From Oopsacas minuta (lineage: Eukaryota > Animalia > Porifera), in NCBI GenBank assembly GCA_024704765.1, contig JAKMXF010000326.1, positions 186,001-250,000 on the forward strand: a stretch of DNA of 64,000 nucleotides, in the 5' to 3' direction. The notes under the pieces are model-generated. The model was not told the DNA's origin, did no database searches, and saw only the letters and a program-made list of their open reading frames with translations. Below are positions 54,116 through 64,000 of this stretch, in pieces. The position numbers and the translations under genes are program-made. Position 1 is the stretch's first letter; each line of letters starts with the position of its first letter.

Positions 54116-56297
54116 GCAGGCCAACAAAAATATTTCTGTCTCTTGGCTCAGATTGTTGGAGCGATTTTAGGGTATATTGACGTTGTTGAATGGGAAAATA
54201 CTATTAGTTTCGCTGAATTGGCTCTAGTTTTCAGGATATTACACAACATCAAATTTTGAGGTAATAATACAATTATATTCGATTTGTATGTCATATCAAC
54301 ATCCACAACAATTAGTTCACTCTATTTCCAGCATAGTAGAACCTTCTATGGATTCAAAGCGCATTGGACGCTGTTGTCTCAATGATGATCCTGATGTCTT
54401 TTGATATAGTTGCGGTGAATATATGGCAAAGGAACATTGTCTTAATGTTAGAGATGTGACCATAAGAGCTCATCAGGATTACTCTGGTATGAAGTTAGGC
54501 GATCAGGATATGTCATGGAGCCCTTACAAAGTGTGCCTATATTGCACAGAAACCCCCTGCCTATGGGTCCAAGTAAAAGCCAAATCCATGAAGTTTGGGG
54601 TACCAATGGTTTGGCGAGAGCCCAAGAACCATCACGATGACTGTTATTTCTGCATGGTTAACATGTCTGGATGGAACCGACAGAAAAAGAATTCGTGGCG
54701 ATATCTTGACATAGATTCTGCAAGAAGGCTAATTCTACAGTGCAGCGAAATTCAGGTGCCTGTTCTAAGCCCTTACCTGATGTAGTTCCTCATACTGCGT
54801 TAACTGAGGCAACTGATGAATCGTCGGACAGCACTTACAGCAGCAATAGCTGTAATGAGTTGTTACAGATAAGTAAAGCGGAGCCTTGTACACAGGGCAG
54901 CTCAACTACTTAGTGAGATTTAAGCTTGTCAAAAGATGCTTCAGAGATCCTGGCCTCCCGTCTCAGTAAATACCATGTTCTCCACAGTGAAGCTAAGATA
55001 AATTATTACCGACGCAGAGACGAAGAACGTATTCGCTATTTCAGTGAAGAAGGCGATTTCGTGTTTTGTAATAACATCCCAGGATTTCTCTCAGCAATGG
55101 GTCTGTCTCAATTGATTCCGAATGAGTGGCGTTTATTAATCGACAGCTCTAAACGGAATCCAAAGTGTGTGTTGCTGCATAAGGGTAACAAGTTTGCCTG
55201 TGTTCCGATCTGCCATTCAGTATTCTTGAACGAGTACTAAGCAACTGTGAAGATGGTCCCACAAAATCTATGTTATGATGAATATAACTGGATCGCGTCT
55301 GAGGACTTGACAATGGTCAACATTCTGTTAGGACAGCAAAGTGGTTACATTAAGTACCCATGCTTTCTTTGTTTGTGGATAGCAGAGCGGATGAGGTGCC
55401 CTGGGAAGAGAAGAACTGGCCCGTTAGTCAATAGCTTGCCTTGGGGGAAAAGAATATCATTAACGAGCCACTAGTTAGCCGTGACCGTATCGTCCAACTC
55501 CCACTACATATCAGGTTGGGACTGATGAAACAGTTCGTAAAGGCATTGGACAAGATGGTTCCTGCTTCAGCTACCTCTGCTCAGTATATCGCGATCTAAG
55601 AAGCGAAAGAGTAAGGCACGATTTTTGATGGGGCACAAATCAGAAAACTGATAAAAGATGAAGATTTCGCCTCACACATGACTGGAGTTGAGGCAGCCGC
55701 GTGGTATTCCTCTGTCGAAGTTGTAAAGGGATTTCTAGGCACCACTAAATAGTTAACTACAAGAATCTTGTCGAAGGCATGCTCAAGAACTTCCACAGTC
55801 TGTGAACCAGAATGAGCATAAAACTTCACTACTTCTATAGCCATTTAGAGAGATTCCCTGAAAATCTTGGTGATTTAAGCGAAGAACAGGGCGATGGATT
55901 CCACGAAGACATCAGAACTATGGAGGTACAGTATCAAGGAGATGGGACGCTCACATGTTGTCAGATTACTGCTGGAGCCTTATGCGTTATTGCGCCCAAT
56001 AACCTCACAAGAGGGATTCGTATAAGAGAAGTTCGTTCATGATTGATAAGTATTCGGATCATATTATATCTCAAATTATCTGCGTATTACGTACGTTCAA
56101 TTCTAGTTATAAGGTAATACATACATACTATATAGTATAAGTGAACACAGATTCACGGATACTGAATATCGCAATTTTACAATATCACAAAATGTAGAAC
56201 CAATTGACCAGAACGTGGCCATTTTTGAACTCAGTGACCCCGATATACCCTAGCAATAGTCTCAACTTATCAACCAAGAAAATGTTGTTGGACAGTG
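54116..56297 (+). mobile_element. Second Chapaev3-type element, older and decayed
   Basis: Right end gttggacagtg|tag with degenerate left end tag|gcaggccaac. Motifs WSPYKVCLYC, WREPKNHHDDCYFC, IDSS, YPCFLCLW, LHIRLGLMKQFVKAL, MSIKLHYFYSHL, SEEQGDGFHEDI. Confidence 0.83.
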
Positions 56298-57289
56298 TAG
56301 TAAATGAGAAAAATGCAATATTTCATAGAAATTGATTTCATTACTGTTGAATAATTGACTTAGCTTAATACTATTTTGAATCAACTTTTAGGGTGGACTA
56401 ATACTTTTGATAAAGGAGTGCATATGGTGTATATGATTGGTGCGTAGGTAATCGATGGTGCGAGCTGATTGTAGCCATCACAATTGAAGTAGAAATTGAT
56501 ATTAAGTGTATGTTCAAGGATTATGAAGTTGTACAATATATAAGAAAATGTGGCTTAATAATTGTATCTAAAAAAGCAAGGGAGAGTAACACCCCTCTGC
56601 ATGATATACGTTTTACTGATTCTTAAGATTAAATATCTAGTAACCGCATTCTAGTTTTGTGAGACGATACTCAATTTAAAACCTACCTGAAAATAGGATA
56701 GATCGAAATCCGAATGACTAGGGGTATAAATATTGCTGATACTAAGTGAATTAGACATATGTAAATCAATTATAATTATTAAGAATTAATTATTTGAATT
56801 GTTTTTGTCTTCTGAACCGTATTTAAGGGCCCAGAGAGGTCACTGGAGTACTTTGCACAAAATCAATGTGGAATAGCAAAATATTCAGTGGCCGGAAAAT
56901 CTAAACTCGGATTCAGTAATGGCCATTTAATGAAATTAATCGAGAACAACTGACGTAGATGTTAAATCAAAGTATATTTATTTTCGACCAAGATTTAAGT
57001 TTTTGGGAGCAAAGTTTACCAGGTTTCAGAGATAATCGATAACAAATGACACGAACTCAGGCAGAATATGTCAAAACAACATAAGATTTGAATTGGCAAT
57101 AAAGACAGCAACATAATTCAAACGCATTTAATCAATACTAGTGGGCTTAGCTTGCAAGGTTGCTGCGCGACAGCTCAGTACTCTAGGATATCTTAAGTAT
57201 TAAACAACAAAATATGTATTGTTATTGGAGGCTATGCAACAGAATATACTGGCCACTATTGCCTATAATTCACAAAAAAGTAAAACTTT

Positions 57290-57560
57290 TAAGATATATT
57301 ATCCATGGTGCATATAAATTAGATTGAAAGACTTTCGGTGGTGACACTGGAGATGCTATATCACTTTTGGTTTGTAATCTAGGAACTTCGTGCCTCTGGG
57401 ATTAAGTTATTCAGCATAATTAGTTATTCTTTAGAGTAATGATGACGTGATAATACCACAATCGGTTAGCTTTTGGTTAAAATCATAATGTCAGGACATT
57501 AGTCACATTGACGGATACCTGTAATTTAAAAATTCGCTCTTCTATGATGTATATAGCCTG
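57290..57560 (-). repeat. 3' end of an unclassified DNA-transposon family (copy 2)
   Basis: Diverged reverse-complement homology to 43070-43370. Confidence 0.5.
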
Positions 57561-58691
57561 ATCACTGGTAAATAATGTGAATTTCCGAAATCCAAAATGT
57601 GACAATGACGTCAAAATTCCGTCATGTGTGAACTTTCACCAAAGACTCGAAATTATCCGAGCTAGCCCCAAAATACCACAGTATGCAAAAATCAGCCCTG
57701 TGGCTTTCCTGTTTCTTCAGTCAATGCTGAACATAAGGTGGAAGCCGCTTAATCGGGACAGCTCGGAAGTCAAAGTTTTTCCCGGATAAACCGATTTTGA
57801 TATATTCAAGTACTCAAAACTAGTTTTCATAGTCGCAGATCAACACCAGAGACAAGTTATTAAACTACTAGAAAATCCTGATTTATCTAGGGAGTGAGCA
57901 AATTTAATATAATCTGGGTTTGTAATTGTAATAGATTCGTCGTCGCATTGTTATGGTAATAGAATATTAAAATTCCCACTTTTAAAAACAAACCACATTA
58001 CAATGATTCTGAATAAATATTCTATCGGTTAATCGGGATAAGAATTCCCTATTAACCGATTCGATATCCCAATTACCGATGATTTTCTATATAAGAAATC
58101 TGTTCCCAACCATTATCCCGTTTATGCGGATATCCCGATTAAACGGCTTCCACTGTGACAAACATACATATGTATACCTACACATATCTACAAAGATTCA
58201 TTACGTATTAATTGCATAGATTAGTGATTCTCAACCTGGGGTCCGCGGCCCCCAATATAATGAATCAAACAGGTCCGCGGAAGAAAAAGGTGAGAACCAA
58301 TGGTATAGATCATAACATTCTAATATGCATAAATGGGTAGGACCGGAATATGTTCTTGACTATGTTAACCCAATCATACCCAATTTAATCGCCCTATACT
58401 AATCTTGAGAATATATAGCTTTATATTAACTATTGTAAGGTAAAATTGCGAACAAATAACCAGTTCAACAATCACAAAAACAACATTAAACACCAACAAA
58501 AAATACACATCTATTATCTTCAATTGTAATGAGTAATGAGGTTAAGTACAGAATGCCATCTAGTATCGTTAATGAGTAATCACTTTAGTTAGTAGTTAGA
58601 AAACATCGTACACCGAGTATGTTGAGTGAAAAGTACACATATACGTAATATCTTTAGTGAAGGTAAGTACACATGAGGATATAGTATCCGT

Positions 58692-60364
58692 CACGGGTCT
58701 CTCAGAAAATCATATTGATCGAAAAAACGAGGTCCTTGAGATTTTTCATGATTCTTGTGTAGAATTTTGCGTAGAATCCGATTCTGTTGCCAAAAAAATA
58801 TTTCTCACACAAATTTTTGAGTTATTTTATATTTTTTTGTAAAAAAAAAATTTTTTTAGTTCCCATTTTTATATGTTGTCGGGTTGCTAATTTATCATAT
58901 TAGAATCATCGTTATCACTCATACATTGAATATAATACATCCATCAGTCACATATAGAATAAATTAAGTACTTATAAAATTAACGAAATTAATTTCCTTG
59001 ACAGCATTTAGTAGGTTTTCGCCGTAATTTTCTAGAGACTCGCTACATTGATAATTTCTCCAAACTTTGATGAATCGAGAATGAGCTGATTCAGCTGCCT
59101 GCTCTGAAACGGCGCCCAATCCCATACCAACTGGAAGGAATTTGGTGATAAATGGGATAACATGTCTGCACACTATATGGACTTTTGTTGAACAATTCAG
59201 CCCAGTTAATTTGAATGCTTCTTCAAATTGAAATATCGCCAGTTTGTAATCACCTTGTATCTTTTGCCCAAAACATGTCCTCACTACCTCTGAAAATCGC
59301 TTTAAAGCAATGCTGGATGAGTTGCTAATTGGAAAACCAATCTGCTCAACCATCAATGTAATTTTCCGCATTGCATTACCTTCAAATGCGCCTCCATGGT
59401 AAGAACTTCGAGATATGTTATTGTGCTTCAGTAATAATTCATGTGTAACTAACTCTTCTTCAGACATTGTAGCCACGATCGCATTGTACAACTTCTGACC
59501 AACCCCTAACAAAAGATGTAACTCGGGAATATTGAACATCTGCATGTAGTCAACCATCCATACACCAAGAGCCTCCATATCTTCTACACCATCACAGTCA
59601 ATCGCATGATTCTTTGAGTCGGAGTTATATTCTTCACACAATTTTTGGTACATCTCTGCATGATGTGCTGATGATCTTGATTTGAATTCGACATGATCCA
59701 ATCCACTTTTAGCATCCCATACACACCAAATGCATGGGTAACGTCCAAGCATAATACCCAGACAGAGAGCAGCGGCTTTGAGATCAAAGGTAAAAGATAC
59801 AAGGTGATTACAAACTGGCGATATTTCAATTTGAAGAAGCATTCAAATTAACTGGGCTGAATTGTTCAACAAAAGTCCATATAGTGTGCAGACATGTTAT
59901 CCCATTTATCACCAAATTCCTTCCAGTTGGTATGGGATTGGGCGCCGTTTCAGAGCAGGCAGCTGAATCAGCTCATTCTCGATTCATCAAAGTTTGGAGA
60001 AATTATCAATGTAGCGAGTCTCTAGAAAATTACGGCGAAAACCTACTAAATGCTGTCAAGGAAATTAATTTCGTTAATTTTATAAGTACTTAATTTATTC
60101 TATATGTGACTGATGGATGTATTATATTCAATGTATGAGTGATAACGATGATTCTAATATGATAAATTAGCAACCCGACAACATATAAAAATGGGAACTA
60201 AAAAAATTTTTTTTTACAAAAAAATATAAAATAACTCAAAAATTTGTGTGAGAAATATTTTTTTGGCAACAGAATCGGATTCTACGCAAAATTCTACACA
60301 AGAATCATGAAAAATCTCAAGGACCTCGTTTTTTCGATCAATATGATTTTCTGAGAGACCCGTG
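58692..60364. mobile_element. Rearranged Chapaev-type element with two inverted 3' ends (foldback), 1673 bp
   Basis: Arms 58692-59265 and 59792-60364 are reverse complements; the only difference I saw is A10 vs T9 in one tract. Termini CACGGG...CCCGTG with perfect 4-bp TSD ccgt. Confidence 0.93.
58964..59791 (-). pseudogene. 5'-truncated but stop-free C-terminal part of a Chapaev-type transposase
   Basis: FTFDLK...YPCIWC...PELHLLLG...FEGNAMRKI...STKVHIVCRHV...GAVSEQAAESAH has the same motif order as the two Chapaev3 copies. The first residues of the annotated ORF 59842 come from the inverted arm. Confidence 0.85.
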
Positions 60365-60699
60365 CCGTATACACATCTAGTATAGAATCTTGATAGTACT
60401 GAGGTAAACAGTGTTGGAATTAAGTGGGGATCTTATGAGTCTCATCAGGTCAGCTATAAGAGATAAGTACGATATAGTTTTTTAAGCTTTGTTTCGTCAG
60501 ACTTCGCGATTAATGTAATGCAATTCTTCACACTCGCTGATAGAATACAATTTGAAACAGTCATTACAAATTTATGTAAAATACCCCATCATCATACTCT
60601 AGAATCATATAATTGTCTCCATTTTCCAAATGTTACTCTTCAATTATTGACATACTTATGCGCAATAATAAACTTTGGCATGGGCCAATAAAATTTTTC

Positions 60700-63570
60700 A
60701 TAGAATTTTGAGGTGTCTATCTTCATAAATGTCTCGTTAATAACATTCACATAATCAATAACGGTAAGTGATGGAAACATAAGTGAACATCTATCAAACT
60801 CAACAAGTATATATTGATAAACAAATATCTAATAAATTCCAATAATTTATCAGTCGTTAAGAAATTGTAACAATTGCTGCATATATTAGTATTATTCATG
60901 TAGGAAAACATGGCATAACCAGCAACATAAGTAAGCATCCAAGTTGTGAAGGACTTTTCTGAATATTGGGAACATATTATAGTGTTTCCAAGATTTATTG
61001 AATTGATCAGAATTTGAGTCTTGATAACTTACATTTTAACAAAGGCATTCAAATAATTATTCAATGGAATTGGAACCTCTCAAGATGAAATTTTTAGGAA
61101 ACAAAAATTAGAATATTTGATAGGTGGAGTCTTCCTTCACCGTCTAGTATTTGAGTAAAGGTAATATGGTAGTGGCTGCCGGACATTTGTCTACAGAATC
61201 CGAAGTGATGTTCAAAGGGGTCGTTTTGAATTCTAGCAGTTAACAAGCATTGAAAATGCATTCACGTGTGAGTCGATTAACCATCAATGGTAATGTCATA
61301 CAGGTATGCCTAAAGCTAGTAAAAGTTTGCAGTGTTAATATCCAAATTTACCAGGTAGGGCATTCCAGCAATTTAGCCAAATTAGTACCTACCCAATAAT
61401 CTCTATAGGTGAATCGTACTGAAACAGAGTAATCATTATTGAAACTGATATTTACCCAACCCAGTTAATGTTAAAAACTCCCAAATATTACTTATTAAGC
61501 TTAGAAACTCACCGGTTAGACTATTTTCACTAAATTTCATTATCAATATTGAATGCTTTCGGTCCACAATATGTAGATTCAGGAAATATACTAAGTGGTA
61601 ACTTTACATTATGTCTTTCTAATTTTGATGACCAACAAGCTTTAGAAGTTAGACTAGGAGCCTTCTTTAGGATATTGGAAATGTCAGATTTGTATAATGG
61701 CATCAAATCCTAGATAGTAGGGGTGCAAACTCTGTAATATTTCGATGGGTTTTCTTGTGTTGACAATAAGATTTTTGATAGGAATAGAAACGCTGAAACG
61801 TCTTTTCATAATGTATCAAATTCAACCAATTGTTAAGCATGCATATTGTTATGTGAGCAATTTCAAACAATAAAATAAGAGTTTGGGTAGGGGTACAAGG
61901 ATGTGTGACTAAGGGTTGCGATGCTTTTGGTCACTAGAAAATAATGGAAATAAACTAACATTCAAAGGATACTTATCAGTACACAGAGCCTCAACGAATA
62001 AGTTACAAGCCTCAATATCGGAAATGATATGTTTGATTATGGGAAAAGAAGTTGGCTGACGAAGTGCCAAGTGGTATCAAACGAACAAGAGTCGAGAAAT
62101 TTTGGCAAGCTCGAAACCAATAATCGAAAATACAGTAGTCAGAGGATCTTCAGGGTTATTTATAGATCTGATAATTTTACCACTTTTAAAGCTCACATCA
62201 CTTAAGATATGCACTTCATCCATTTGAACAATTATGTGGCAGTCAATTTGGTCAAATGTTGTGGAAGTCTCCCTTAGAACTTTTAAGTACTAATTTTCTA
62301 ATCCGATAGGATTATTAATTTCAATATATTCCTTCGTGTGGTAGGAACAAGCAATTTGAAAATAGGATAAGTCAGAAATTGCAGGAGATTGCCCATAAAC
62401 CTGAGTCAGTATATTATAACAAAGATTATTTTCATCAGTGATTATATATTTCAGTTGGATTAAAAGTAAATTAAACAAAATTTTTATTGAACTACTGCAA
62501 ATATTAGTTTCAATAAATTCTTGATCATCACTATTAGTTAATAGAGCAGTTGCGCAAGTTTAGTTATGTTATCACGATTCATATATGAGCTTGTACTAAA
62601 ATGTTAGCGTCGGGAATTAGCGGTTGTAATGTATAAAATTCGATTTCAGATATAATGGGTTCTATTTCACATATGTCATTGATCTTGGATTCTGAGATCG
62701 GGATTGAGTGTTTTCCATGAAAAGCTTGAGTAAATATATTCTCGTCAATTTTTAGTGTCCTTTCAATGTATAGTATCTGACCTGATATGAGTATTTTTAG
62801 AAAAAAATTACATATATTTGGTGTCAGTGATAGTTCAGTCATTATTCAAATCAATTAAATCATTTTCATTTAACAAGTTTTGGAAGTTAGAATCCAAGAA
62901 TTCAACAACTTATTTCTCTGATCACCACTTCTCATCATAATTGCGTTCTGTAGCATCTCTTTCCCTAATCTCTAATTTCTTCGACCAGTCTGCTTTATCT
63001 GTTATGTAACTTGGGCAGTTGGGAAATATGGTTGGAACCGCAGTCTCCATCAAGGCCATCATCTCTCGAGGATTCACTTTCCATTCCACTCCATCAAAAT
63101 AGTTGATAATCCTCACAATGTCCTCTTCTCTGAAATGGTTGATGCATACCTAGACGACTAATTCAGTAACTAAGTGTGATAATTATCTACGTAGCTTGCA
63201 TTTAGAAAAAATAAGATGAAAATAAGAATCAATGAGATTATGTAATCAATCCAGTAAAATTGTAATTAATTTTAGAACAGTGCTGTCTATTTTGGAATTT
63301 CGATTTGCGTGGTATTTAGAATTCTTGTAATTCAATTCCACGTAGGGTATGTATAAGACTATAAGTGAAATAAATATTAAAGTAAGAATTGAAATTTGAT
63401 TAATTAATTAACTGACACGTAGTTTAGCAATTCCCTCATAATCCTCTCTCGGTCTAGAGATAGTCCCAAACCACCTCTCATACATCCCTTTATCTTTGGG
63501 AATGAAATGTTGGCGTATGGTGCTCCTGGCTCTGGAAATTAGAATTACGTGCCGGAACGACACAAGTCAT
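60700..63570 (-). mobile_element. THAP-domain P-element-like (THAP9-type) transposase remnant with intron
   Basis: THAP: MTCVVPA.NSNF...FPK..GMYERWFGTISR...LR|VCINHFREEDI...AVPTIF, with phase-0 intron 63150-63416. Core: LILLFEIAHI..LNNWLN; LYKSD..ILKKAPSLTSK...ERHNVKLPLSIF; C-terminal LTYVAGYA...ICSNC. Many stops. Confidence 0.85.
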
Positions 63571-63914
63571 CTTACTTTTGCATAAATTCAGAATTTCGTA
63601 ATACCTTGAGGCATGAAGAGCAGAGGCTACTAACCAATAGCGACATAGCACTGCAGTGTCACCAAGAAGGCCATTCAATGTAAGTCATTTCATGACAACA
63701 TTGTTATCATTGTGGTAAAAGGATTGTGGTCCTTTAGATTAACGACGAAAAAGTAACCCATGCCAGTTAATGCGATCCAAAATGATCCGGGGCACCACCT
63801 TTGATCGCCAAAACTGGTCGGGGTCAATTTATTATATTATTGTGTGCGTGATAAGCACTTGACCTGTTCAATGAGTTTTCTAATTCTATGAGATATTTGC
63901 CATCACAGGGTTAG

Positions 63915-64000
63915 TAGAGTTGGAGCGGTCAGGACCGGAAAGATCAGCAAGGTCTGTAATTTGAAAAGGTCGGTCTGGTCTGGCCCAGACCGGTGGGTCA
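63915..64000 (+). mobile_element. Probable left end of a hAT-type element running off the window
   Basis: tagagttggagcggtcaggaccgg followed by ggtc/gacc-rich subterminal repeats; the partner end is not visible. Confidence 0.4.

Noticed and set aside
59884-60093. Plus-strand 69-aa ORF as an independent gene
   Set aside because: It is an exact copy of the transposase C-terminus produced by the inverted duplication.

Overview
AT-rich eukaryotic (animal-type) genomic DNA with short GT-AG introns; the species cannot be fixed from sequence alone. I found no rRNA, tRNA or CRISPR array. Only two host genes are visible, both on the minus strand: an intronless ENTR1/SDCCAG3-like gene (1317-2192) and the last two exons of adenylate kinase 7 (AK7; 43899-44263 and 30695-31233), which are separated by a 12,665-bp intron packed with transposons. 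The rest is mostly DNA-transposon material. It includes a near-intact hAT element (TIRs, 8-bp TSD, one intron, one premature stop), three Chapaev-type elements, two Tc1/mariner elements (DD37D and DD37E-like), three Helitron remnants, an intron-containing Ginger-like integrase, a FLYWCH-MULE remnant, a THAP/P-element remnant and many MITEs. The most striking structure is a Chapaev derivative (58692-60364) built from two inverted copies of its own 3' end (about 574-bp near-perfect arms that include transposase coding sequence) with an intact 4-bp TSD, which resembles a Mu-killer-type hairpin locus. Two decayed deubiquitinase-like domains (USP-like and OTU) also sit among the transposon remnants. 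All alignments and translations beyond the supplied ORF track were done by eye.
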